From the NCBI GenBank assembly GCA_964548115.1, contig CAZJPQ010000003.1, positions 490 to 64,489 on the forward strand: DNA of 64,000 nucleotides, given 5' to 3'. Position 1 is the stretch's first letter; each line of letters starts with the position of its first letter. Of the stretch, positions 18,798 to 29,000 are shown in pieces. The notes under the pieces are model-generated. The model was given only the letters and a program-made list of their open reading frames with translations, was not told the origin of the DNA and made no database searches. The stretch is from an uncultured Planctomycetaceae bacterium. GTDB taxonomy: Bacteria; Planctomycetota; UBA8742; UBA2392; JABWBM01. A program made the position numbers and the translations under genes.

Positions 18798-20195
18798 ATG
18801 GATAAAACCCAAAAACAAAATTATTACGACCAACTTGATCAAGCTCATGTTTGGCATCCTTATACCCAAATGAATGAATATCCAGGCCGAGCTGGCTCGT
18901 TGATTGTGGAGCGAGGGGAAGGCCCTTTTGTATTCGACATCCAAGGACAACGCTATATTGATGGTTATGCTCAAATGTGGTGTAACCTTTGGGGACACAC
19001 TCAACCTGAGATAAACCAAGCTATTAAAGATCAACTTGACCGCATTGCACACAGCAGTTTATTTTCAGCTTCCAATGTTCCTGCGATTGAGCTTGCGCAT
19101 GCTCTGCACCTCTTTATCAAAGAAGAATTTCAAAATCTGGACATCGAACTTCCACACGTCTTTTTCTCTGATAATGGCAGTACAGCCGTTGAAGTCGGTT
19201 TAAAGATGGCCTTACAGTACCACCTGAACCGTAAAGAAAAGCGTACTCGCTTTCTCACTTTTCATGACGCCTATCACGGAGACACTGGGGCAACCATGAC
19301 CCTAGGAGGTATCGAGATCTTTCGCAAAGCCTATGAACCACTGACGTTTGAAGTCTTGCGCACTGACTACCCCATGCAAAGCAATACTTTTGATGCAGCC
19401 TGCGAAAAAGAATCAAATGCTTACAAAGAAGCCTGCGAAAAACTCACAACCCTCTTTGCACAGCATGGTTCAGAACTTGCAGCCGTTGTGATTGAACCTG
19501 GCTGCCAGGGCGCTGGCGGCGTACGGCCTTGCTATCCAGGTTTTCTTAAACTTCTTCGGAAGCTGTGTGACCAGCACCATGTTCTGCTGATTTGCGATGA
19601 AATCTTAACTGGCTTTGGGCGCTGTGGAGAAAGTTTTGCATCCAAAAAAGAAGGTGTTGCCCCCGATATTCTCTGCCTGAGCAAAGGACTTACAGCTGGT
19701 TATCTTCCTCTCGCCGTCACTATGGCTCGCCCCTTTATTTATCAAAGCTTTTTAGGCAAACGAGAAGAATTTAAACACCTGCTTCATGGTCATACCTTTA
19801 CTGGCAATCAACTTGGATGTGCTGCAGCCTTAGCAAGCTTAAAACTACTGCAGCAAGAAAAGCTTATCCAGCAACTCCAAAAACAGGAACCCTTTATCCA
19901 ACAACAGCTCCAAAAACTCGCAACGATTCCCGGTGTAGGAAGAATTCGCCATTACGGCATGATGATTGGAATTCCCCTGGAAGAAAAACACGCAGGCCAT
20001 AATAGCGAAGGCTACGAAAACACATCAGGCCATCAACTTTGTGCTAGAGCCCAGGAGCAGGGATTAATTGTACGTCCTCTTGGGAATGTTATCGTACTGA
20101 TGCCTGTGCTGGCCACTCCTCAAGCCGTACTTGGTGAAACTTTTGATATTCTTGAGAAATGCCTGCTTGAACATGCCGCCGGTAAATTCACTTAG
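18798..20195 (+). CDS. bioA: Adenosylmethionine-8-amino-7-oxononanoate aminotransferase
   Basis: The HVWHPYTQM N-terminal motif aligns with the E. coli BioA N-terminus, so the ATG at 18798 is preferred over the track's 18717. PLP lysine region DILCLSKGLTAGY. The ATG at 18717 would add about 27 extra residues and cannot be excluded. Confidence 0.85.
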   Translation: MDKTQKQNYYDQLDQAHVWHPYTQMNEYPGRAGSLIVERGEGPFVFDIQGQRYIDGYAQMWCNLWGHTQPEINQAIKDQLDRIAHSSLFSASNVPAIELAHALHLFIKEEFQNLDIELPHVFFSDNGSTAVEVGLKMALQYHLNRKEKRTRFLTFHDAYHGDTGATMTLGGIEIFRKAYEPLTFEVLRTDYPMQSNTFDAACEKESNAYKEACEKLTTLFAQHGSELAAVVIEPGCQGAGGVRPCYPGFLKLLRKLCDQHHVLLICDEILTGFGRCGESFASKKEGVAPDILCLSKGLTAGYLPLAVTMARPFIYQSFLGKREEFKHLLHGHTFTGNQLGCAAALASLKLLQQEKLIQQLQKQEPFIQQQLQKLATIPGVGRIRHYGMMIGIPLEEKHAGHNSEGYENTSGHQLCARAQEQGLIVRPLGNVIVLMPVLATPQAVLGETFDILEKCLLEHAAGKFT

Positions 20196-20339
20196 CTTTG
20201 CCTTCCACCACCACCTCATGCTTTTTAAGATCCACCTCTATAGAGAACTTATTCTGCAGGTTAAGAGTTTGATTTAAGGCCCTTTCCATGCAAAAATCAG
20301 TGCTTCTTAATTCATTTTCTTATGTGCAAAGGGTTGCGA

Positions 20340-21740
20340 ATGTCAAAACAAACACAAGCCTCAGGCAAGCTTCATACAACCTTAAAAGCTTCGGTCCTCG
20401 AACTCATTGGTGAAACACCTTTGGTTCGTCTTGATCGCTATTTTCAAGATGCCCAATGTCAGGTTGTGGGTAAATGTGACTTTATGAATCCCTCTGGTTC
20501 GGTAAAAGACCGTATTGGTTGGGCCATGCTGAAAGCAGCTGAAGAGTCTGGAAAGATTGCCCCTGGTGGAACACTCGTTGAAGCAACGGCAGGCAATACT
20601 GGCCTTGGACTTTGCATTGCTGCGGCGGTTAAAGGCTATAAAGTTATCTGCTGCACCCCTGATAAAATGAGTCAGGAAAAAATCAACCTCATGCGGGCTT
20701 TCGGAGCTCGAGTCATCGTTACACCAACCGTCCCGGAAGACGACCCCCAAAGCTATTCAAATACAGCCAGAAGAATTGCTCAAGAAACCCCGAATGCACT
20801 CTACATCGGACAGTTTGAAAACCCGGCAAATGCTCAAGCCCACTATGAATTTACAGGGCCTGAAATTTGGGAACAGACAAATGGAGAACTTAATGTTTTT
20901 ATAGCAAGTGCTGGAACCGGTGGAACCATGACAGGAGTTTCACGCTACCTTAAAGAGCGTAACCCAAAGATCAAAACGGTGCTGGCAGACCCTGAAGGCT
21001 CCCTCTACGCCCACTTTATCCGAGAAAAGAACCTTGATTGCCCCTCTCACCCTTATAAAGTCGAGGGTATCGGGCATGATTACATCCCAAAAAGCGCAAA
21101 TTTTTCCCACGTTGATTTAGCCTATACCATAACTGACCGAGAAAGCTTTAACGCTGCCCGCAGATTAGCTCGACTTGAAGGGCTCTTCTGTGGAGGCTCA
21201 ACAGGCACGAATCTGGTTGCAGCTCAACGTTACATAGAAGAATACAACCCCAGCCCTGATACTTTGATTGTGGTTTTCTTGTGTGACACAGGAGAACGCT
21301 ATTTATCTAAAATGTACAATGATGATTGGATGCGCGAAAACCAATTCCTTGGAGGCAGTGGCAAACGAGCTATTGATCTGCTCTATGACAAACAGGCAAA
21401 CGCCCCTTCATTAGTAAGTTCAGGACCTGAAACTTCACTTGATCAAATTTTTGAACAGATCAAACAGCTTGATATCAGTCAGGTTCCTGTTGTATCTGGA
21501 AGCACGATCCTTGGGACGATTACCGAAAACAAAGTTCTTGATTTTCTGATGCAGGGTAAAGATCTCACGGCACTTTCCGCCAAGGAAGTAATGGGACCTC
21601 CATTGGCAACGGTCCCAGCTCACGCCAGCGCTCAAGAAATGCTTGCAGCCATGCGAGACTCCCAACAAGAAGCAGTCATCGTTCAGCATGGTTCAGGGTT
21701 TGACATCCTTACAAAGTTTGATCTGGTACGAGCGCTTTAA
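20340..21740 (+). CDS. Cystathionine beta-synthase-type enzyme: PLP fold-II domain plus a C-terminal CBS (Bateman) pair
   Basis: SVKDRIG PLP-lysine motif. Then GGTLVEATAGNTGLGL. Two CBS motifs occupy the last ~120 aa. Second ATG at 20340 preferred (MSKQTQ). Confidence 0.85.
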   Translation: MSKQTQASGKLHTTLKASVLELIGETPLVRLDRYFQDAQCQVVGKCDFMNPSGSVKDRIGWAMLKAAEESGKIAPGGTLVEATAGNTGLGLCIAAAVKGYKVICCTPDKMSQEKINLMRAFGARVIVTPTVPEDDPQSYSNTARRIAQETPNALYIGQFENPANAQAHYEFTGPEIWEQTNGELNVFIASAGTGGTMTGVSRYLKERNPKIKTVLADPEGSLYAHFIREKNLDCPSHPYKVEGIGHDYIPKSANFSHVDLAYTITDRESFNAARRLARLEGLFCGGSTGTNLVAAQRYIEEYNPSPDTLIVVFLCDTGERYLSKMYNDDWMRENQFLGGSGKRAIDLLYDKQANAPSLVSSGPETSLDQIFEQIKQLDISQVPVVSGSTILGTITENKVLDFLMQGKDLTALSAKEVMGPPLATVPAHASAQEMLAAMRDSQQEAVIVQHGSGFDILTKFDLVRAL

Positions 21741-21906
21741 AACAAGGAAGGTCTTGATTTCTCAACCATCAGCTCGCGATAAGAGATTCAACCAGAAAGA
21801 GCTAAAAACTCTTCCATCTCCTGACTGAACCAGCTAACCTGCAAATTCTTTGAGAAAGATTTGATCGAAATTCCATTCATATTAAAGCTGCAAGAAAGCA
21901 AGGGCC

Positions 21907-22773
21907 ATGGCAGAACAACCCAAAGAACTTCGTACCCGCATTCGTTCCGTAAATTCCACCAGAAAAATTACAAAAACGATGGAACTCGTGGCCACCTCAA
22001 AAATGAAACGTGCCCAGGACCGAGTTAATGCAGCCCTTCCTTATACGAGTAAACTCAGCGAACTTTTAGGTGAAGTTATCGGCTCTGGGGTACAAACATC
22101 TCAACCGCTTTTAGAACAAAGACAAGATGTTCGTAACATTTTAGTCTTCCTTATCACAGCAAATCGCGGGCTCTGTGGTGGATACAACGCCAATGTTATC
22201 CGCCACGTCAAACAATTTATTCAAGATCAAAAAGAACAAAAGCGCGAAGTCATTCTTGATGTGCTGGGCAAAAAGGGAATCGGCACTCTCAACTACCAAG
22301 GTTATAGTATTCGTCATACTCACACGGACCTTGGAGATCGTCCAGGCTACCAGGATGCCCTGCGCTATATCGAGCCTTTACGGGATGATTTTCTTAAAGG
22401 AAAGTGCGACGAAGTTTATATTGCCCATACTCAGTGGCTGAGTGCAGCTTCCCAAAAGCCTCGCATGCTACGAGTACTGCCCATTGAAGGAGAGAAGCGT
22501 ACGGGAGTTACCCGAGATTTTATTTTTGAGCCCTCTCCAGAAGAACTTCTAGCAGCATTACTGCCTACCTATTTAACACAAACCATGTATACCGCTCTTG
22601 TCGAATCTCTTGCAAGCGAACACGTTGCTCGACGTACTGCCATGAAAAGTGCCACCGATAATGCTGACGAAATGATTACCCACTTGACTCGCAACCTGAA
22701 TCGAGCTCGTCAAGCACAAATCACCCAAGAAATTGCAGAAATTGTTGGTGGGGTTGCTGCCCTTGAGAAATAG
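21907..22773 (+). CDS. atpG: F1Fo ATP synthase gamma subunit
   Basis: N-terminal IRSVNSTRKITKTMELVATSKMKRAQ and C-terminal RQAQITQEIAEIVGGVAALE are classic gamma-subunit ends. No other atp genes lie within 20 kb either side. Confidence 0.9.
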   Translation: MAEQPKELRTRIRSVNSTRKITKTMELVATSKMKRAQDRVNAALPYTSKLSELLGEVIGSGVQTSQPLLEQRQDVRNILVFLITANRGLCGGYNANVIRHVKQFIQDQKEQKREVILDVLGKKGIGTLNYQGYSIRHTHTDLGDRPGYQDALRYIEPLRDDFLKGKCDEVYIAHTQWLSAASQKPRMLRVLPIEGEKRTGVTRDFIFEPSPEELLAALLPTYLTQTMYTALVESLASEHVARRTAMKSATDNADEMITHLTRNLNRARQAQITQEIAEIVGGVAALEK

Positions 22774-22955
22774 AACTCCCCTATGCAGCAGCTTCTTTGT
22801 TTACATCCTCAACAGAACCAACAAAAATAAACTCCCATCTCTAAATATGAGTTTTTGCTTTCATATGGAAAGTGTGTAAAAGATTGTTCTGGAATTTTCT
22901 CACTGATTTTTCAGCTTTGGAAAAATTCAAGAAAAGATAAGGCTTTTCAGCAGGC

Positions 22956-23372
22956 ATGGAAAAACAACCAACACAGTTCATTCCTGAGTTCATACAAAGG
23001 GAAAGCAACCAACACTCTTTACAAAGGTTACGTGAGCGTCATCCTATTCGCATGAGTTTGCCAAAGTCTTTCGCTCATTTTGCTTATCAGTTGGAAAAAA
23101 CAAAAAAGCTGAAAGTTCCAAGCCGTTTAGTACGCTTCCAAAAGGCCTGGAATAAAATTATTGACGATTCTTTGAGTCAAACGAGCCAGGTACATTCATA
23201 CCGGCAAGGGGAGCTCCGTATTAAGGTCCAGTCTCAAGCTCATGTTCACGAACTTGGAGTGTTTCGTCAAAAAGAACTGGTAAAAGATCTTAATGAAGTG
23301 CTGAACGATAAAGATAGAGTATCCTCTTTAAAAGTTTTTTCAGGCTCCATAAGAAATAAAAAACGATGGTAA
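22956..23372 (+). CDS. DUF721 / DciA-like small protein
   Basis: 138 aa. AWNKIIDDSLSQTSQVHSYRQGELRIKVQSQAHVHELGVFRQKELVKDLNEVL follows the DUF721 pattern (W..i.g.l....p..l..g.L.v.v.s..w..EL). Confidence 0.5.
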   Translation: MEKQPTQFIPEFIQRESNQHSLQRLRERHPIRMSLPKSFAHFAYQLEKTKKLKVPSRLVRFQKAWNKIIDDSLSQTSQVHSYRQGELRIKVQSQAHVHELGVFRQKELVKDLNEVLNDKDRVSSLKVFSGSIRNKKRW

Positions 23373-23437
23373 GTAGTAATGTTTAAGTTCGAGATAAAAT
23401 GGCCACAATATCAAATTCATTAGACTGAAAGACATCA

Positions 23438-25252
23438 ATGAAACGTCGAGAAGATCTTAGAAATCTAGCTTTTATTGCTCACGTTGATCATGGCAAAACG
23501 ACTATGGTTGACGGTTTTCTTGAATACGCCGGGCTGATTTCAACCGGACACCAGGATGCTTTTCTTGACTCGAATCCGCTGGAGCGAGAACGCGGGATTA
23601 CTATTCTTGCAAAAAATGTAGCCTTTACCCACCAAGGCATAAAAGTCAACGTCATAGATACCCCTGGACACGCTGATTTCAGCGGAGAAGTTGAACGAGT
23701 GCTGGGGATGGCAGACGGGGCTTTACTTTTAGTGGATGCTGCTGAAGGGCCTATGCCTCAAACCACTTTTGTATTACGAAAAGCTTTGGCATTAGGTTTA
23801 AAGCCGCTGGTTGTGATTAATAAAATCGACCGCCCTGATGCCCGCCCCGAAAAAGTTCTTCAAGATCTCTATGATCTCTTCATTGATCTTGGAGCAACCG
23901 ATGAACAGGTTGACTTTCCACTCTTTTATGCCTCTGGTAAAGAACGTAAATCTGGCACCAGCCCAGAGGCTCTAGAGACAACCCTTGATCCTTTACTTCA
24001 AGGTATTCTCAAGCATATCCCCGGACCTGAGATCCGCCCTGAAGACCCACTTCAAGTTATGATCACCAATTTTGAATACGATCGCTACGTTGGACGTATC
24101 GGCATCGGGCGCATTGTTTCTGGCAGCTTACAAAAGCGCTCACAGGTTGCTTTAATCAAAGGAGCCAGCGGAGAAATTCGTAAATTTAACCTTAAAAGTT
24201 TAGAAATTTTCGAAGGCTTGGGGCGCCAGGAAACTGAAAAAGCTGAAGCTGGGGAAATTATTGCACTCTCAGGTATTGATGAAATTGAAATTGGGGATAC
24301 CATCAGCGATCCTGACTCACCTCAGGCCCTACCCCGTGTTGAGCTCGAAGAACCAACACTATCACTGATTTTTGGAGTGAACGACTCTCCCTTTGCTGGG
24401 CGAGAAGGCAGCTATGTTACATCTCGCCAACTCCGTGAAAGACTCTTGCGAGCAGTAGAAGCCGATGTTGCCTTTCACTTTGAAGATGGAGACCGTCCTG
24501 AAGAATTTAATCTTTCAGGAAGAGGTCTCTTGCACTTCGGCGTCCTGATTGAAAACATGCGTCGTGAAGACTACGAATTCACCGTTTCTTCCCCTCGTAT
24601 CGTGATCAAAGAAATCGATGGAAAACGCTGCGAGCCCTTTGAAACAGCAATTGTTGATGTACCAACAGAATATGCCTCAAAGGTAATCGGCTTCTTTAGT
24701 CAACTTCGAGGCCAAACGCTTCAAACTGAAAGCCACGGAACTCGAAGCTTGCTCCACTTCTCTTTACCTGCCCGAGCCCTGATCGGCGCACGCAATAAGC
24801 TTTTGACTCTGACCCATGGTGAAGCAATCCTTAACCATCGTTTTGAGAAATTTTCTCCTTATCAAGGACCGCTTGAAAGAAGAAAACGCGGTGCCATGAT
24901 AGCGGTTGCTGAAGGACGTGCCACAGAATACGCACTCATTAAACTTGCCGATCGTGGAACTTTCTTCATCGAGCCCGGAGAGCGCGTTTATGAAGGCATG
25001 GTCGTTGGGGAACACTGCAAAGAAGAAGATATTCTAGTAGGCATAACAAAAGAGAAAGCTTTGACAAATGTGCGCTCCGCAACAAAAGAAGCAACTGTTA
25101 CCCTAAAAGCTTCACAAGCTTTAACCCTTGAAGAAGCTCTCGAGTGGATTGCGGATGACGAAGTCCTTGAAGTCTGCCCTAAAACTTTTCGAATCCGAAA
25201 ACGTCTTCTTAAAGCTCACCAACGAAAAGCTTCAAAAGCTGCACAGGCTTAG
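23438..25252 (+). CDS. typA: Translational GTPase TypA/BipA
   Basis: G1 AHVDHGKTT. G3 DTPGHADF. G4 NKID. 604 aa with the TypA-specific C-terminal domain. Confidence 0.95.
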   Translation: MKRREDLRNLAFIAHVDHGKTTMVDGFLEYAGLISTGHQDAFLDSNPLERERGITILAKNVAFTHQGIKVNVIDTPGHADFSGEVERVLGMADGALLLVDAAEGPMPQTTFVLRKALALGLKPLVVINKIDRPDARPEKVLQDLYDLFIDLGATDEQVDFPLFYASGKERKSGTSPEALETTLDPLLQGILKHIPGPEIRPEDPLQVMITNFEYDRYVGRIGIGRIVSGSLQKRSQVALIKGASGEIRKFNLKSLEIFEGLGRQETEKAEAGEIIALSGIDEIEIGDTISDPDSPQALPRVELEEPTLSLIFGVNDSPFAGREGSYVTSRQLRERLLRAVEADVAFHFEDGDRPEEFNLSGRGLLHFGVLIENMRREDYEFTVSSPRIVIKEIDGKRCEPFETAIVDVPTEYASKVIGFFSQLRGQTLQTESHGTRSLLHFSLPARALIGARNKLLTLTHGEAILNHRFEKFSPYQGPLERRKRGAMIAVAEGRATEYALIKLADRGTFFIEPGERVYEGMVVGEHCKEEDILVGITKEKALTNVRSATKEATVTLKASQALTLEEALEWIADDEVLEVCPKTFRIRKRLLKAHQRKASKAAQA

Positions 25253-26043
25253 ACAACCCAAGAGTTTTCTCAGGATTACCCGCCCAAGCTTATCCCCGCA
25301 ATGATTTGATTTTCTCCAAGTCAAATCTTCAGACATAAAGTATTTGGACGAAATGGCCACAACCTAATTGTCGCCATAGCACCCATCCAAAATAACACCC
25401 CCATACTATTACCACAGAACCCCCTGCAGAAAATCTCCTTTTTCTTACGATTTCAACCCCGAAAAATCCCATATTAATCCCATATTAAAGAAGCCTCAGG
25501 CCAGAGTTTAAAGACAAGAGCTTAAAAATTCGAACAACATTCTATTACAAGATGTATGGTTATTTTAGATAATCCTATTGACAAAAAGGGAAAACCTCAA
25601 GACAATAGACATATTGCACATAACGTCCAATTTATACTTGCTAAGAACTTTATTAAACAGCACTAAGAAGGACTTTGCTGAAGAACAACCCTCCTCACTT
25701 CGATCTCTCCTGTGAATCCCTTGGGATGAATTATAGTGGGAAGATAAAGGTTGGATTAACAGTGGAAGACCTTTGAATTTCAGCCTCTTTCATGATAATC
25801 TTCTATGGTTCTTTTGTTTGTGTTTATGAGATAGTCGAATCAAGCACAATACACGAAGCAAGAAAGAGCCTTTTGCGCACAGTATCTTAGAGAATAGAAC
25901 ACACTTTGAATTATTTGCAACACGCTTCAAGCTGCGCAACTTTAAGGCTTATTAATGAATGTAATAAGCCATATAATTAAAACTTTGCAGAAAGATGACA
26001 ATAAGTTAACTCTCTTCCCCCCTCTTATTGGCAGGTAAGCACT
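25253..26043 (+). promoter_or_regulatory. About 790-bp ORF-free leader/intergenic region upstream of the giant surface-protein gene; possible promoter, long 5' UTR or sRNA
   Basis: No ORF of 60 aa or more in any frame. A/T- and C-rich. Tandem 11-mer tcccatattaa x2 at 25467-25488. The next gene starts at 26044. Confidence 0.3.
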
Positions 26044-29000
26044 ATGACAAAACCACAACTCTCCTTTTCACCTTACTCCATACTCGTTGCACTTATAAGC
26101 TTGACTTTGGGTTCCCACGCCTGGGCGGACCATAGTCAATACCGCGGGAACGCAGCCAGAAGCGCTGGACTTGAGCAAACAGTTGACCTCTCTGACAGCT
26201 CAAAACTGACAGAACTTTACAGCACGACCCTTACCGCAAGTAATATCTTTGCTGAACCCCTGATCGTTGACCAGCTCTTGATTGTCGTAAGCGAAGGCGG
26301 TGATGTTATTTGTGTTGATATTGATTCAGGAACACCGGTTTGGTCTCAGAAGCTTAGCTCTGGAATCCTTGCTACTCCTGCAGTGGATAAAGGACGGCTC
26401 TTCGTTGGAACCACTGGTGGAAAAGTTGTAGCTTTCCAATTGAGTGATGGAGAAATACTTTGGGAAGTTTCACATGGTGGCTACCAGCTTGGTGCTCCTG
26501 TTGTCATTAATGATAAAGTAATTGTCAGCCCTGGCTTTGGAAGCGATTATCTCTTTGCTTATGACCAGAGAGATGGCTCTATTGTTTGGCAAGCCCCTGT
26601 CTCGCGAGACGTCCAAGGCTCACCTGCAGTCTATGATGACAAAGTTATAGTCGCGCTGCCAAACGGCGAAATTGACTGCTACCTCCTTAGTGATGGTTCA
26701 AAAGCTTGGGCTGCCCCTGTTCAAACCCAAGGAATCTTTTATGCCATCAGCCCAATGATTGTTCATGATTCTGATAGTGGAGAAATCTACGTCTATGTAG
26801 CCCCTGGCGGAGATGTAGAACGTAATAGCTCCAACTTATCATTGACTGGCTTCAAAGGTTATATGACCTATCGCATCAAGCTTGATGATGGAAGCTATGA
26901 TCGCTTGATACCAAGTCGAGATGCTTCTTATGCTGCCAGCAGCAGAAGCGCTCGAGCTAATGGAAAAACCAGCTCTGAAGTTGAACCAGAAGCCGATCCA
27001 TTGCGGGATATTCCCCACGACCTTCAAGCAGAACTCAACAAACTTACAGATCTTAACTCTATGCTCAGCGTTATCGAAGGCTACGAGCAAGAATACGGCC
27101 TTGACCTCAGTGAGCTTAAAGCGGCTTTAAAAGAGCGTAGTGATAATGCTAGCAGTTATTTAAAAGCTCAAGAAAAGGCAGAAGGAGCTGGAAAACGCTC
27201 CTCCGCAAGTTCAAGAGCAAGCCTCCCTGGCAGCTCCTTTGATGCGAACTGGCCAAGTGGTAATTCCGTTCGACCTGCTCCAGCAGCCTATCTTGAGCGA
27301 GGCAACAGTCGTTTTCTAGCAATTATGATGCGAGAAATTCCAAGCATTTCGATTAAAGCCCGGACTCTCCTTTTTAGTGTTAATGCAAGCACATTTGGAG
27401 AGCTTTACTGGCACTACAGCAGTGATAGTCTTGATACTCCAGCGACTATTAACAGTCAAGGGGCTTTACTTGTTCCAAATCAAAATGACCCCCATGGCGC
27501 CTATATGATAGCGCCCCTGGGTCGAAACATTGCGATCTTTGATGCTGCTTCTGGCAATACTCCTATTTTTGAAATCGAAATGCCCGGCATTGTTTATCAA
27601 ACACCAGCAATCGCAAATGGCTACTTTGCGATTACTGACACCAGCGGCCACCTTAAAGTTTTTTCAACAAACAACTCTGCACCTCAAGCACCAGTCATAA
27701 CAAGCCCAAATCAAGATCAAGATATCCTGCTGCCTGCTTCTGTAAAAGCAAGTTGGAACGCGGCTATTGATGATAGCGCACCTGTTGACATTCGCTATCA
27801 ATTCCGTTACGTTTTTAATGGTGATCTTGAAACCGAGTATACAGAAATTGAACTGCCTGCTGGCACAACCGAGTATATCTGGCCAACAACACCTGCAGCT
27901 GATACTACCGTTAGTTTCCAGGTACGAGGCATTGACGAAAATGGAGCGGTTGGATTTTTCAGCCCTGCTCGCAGCTTTACATTTCAAAAAGACATCATTC
28001 CCCCAGCTGCCATCAGCAACCTCGTAACAAGTTCAGGCCCGCTTGAAATTCAAGGCACTTTCGACCCAAGTCCTGACGAAGCACCCCAAGGAAGTGCTGA
28101 TGTTGCAGGCTACCGTATCAATGTCATTGAACAAGGAACAAATAACAGCTTTAGCCTTGAGATTGGCTTAACACATTCTTTCACCCTCAATGGCTCAGAT
28201 CCAAACACTCCAATGGATGCCAACCACCAATATGAGATTCATGTGGTTGCTTACGATGGACGTAATAACGAATCCCCAGCTCTAACGGTTTACGCTCAAC
28301 CAGACCCCGCAAATGATACCGTGGATACTCTTGCCCCATTCATTCTCAGTGCACACTTACTTGATCTTGATACTAATGGTGCTATTGAAACCGTTGAGCT
28401 GGTCTTCAGTGAGCCACTTGACAGTACTCTCGGAAATTTCGACTTTCAAGGCTTTGCGCTTGATGGCATAGCCCCAAGCAACGCCATTGGCCCAGTTAAC
28501 GAAACCTTAACCCTTAAGTTTGGAAACGGAGTAAGTGGTACAGATCTTAAAGAACTTACTTTTGATGCTTCAACTGGCCTGGTTCGCGATCTTTCAGGAA
28601 ATCTCCTTAAAACTCTCGGGAACAACGGTCTTAGTGAAATTGATGCTGCAAACCCCACATTCCTACCCCATACTTTAGAAGCCCATGATGACACTGGTAA
28701 TGGCAAACCAGATCGTATTACCGTTGACTTTTCTGAAGTTGTTGATGCTTCAAGCCTCGATCTTGATGATCTTGCATTACTCCAAGATTCCCAAGGGGCT
28801 TCCCTTAATGCACTTGATATGAGGCTGCTTGCAAACTCTATTACTCTCGAAATTGAGTTGGATGGTCAAAAAGGTGTGCTTGGAAAACCCTTGCTTGACT
28901 TTATTGATGATGGTGACGGCACCTTCTTCAGTGATGTTGTCGGCAACACACTTGTAAACAATCTTTCAAATCAACCCCCAAGCATTCGTTTAAGTCTTCA

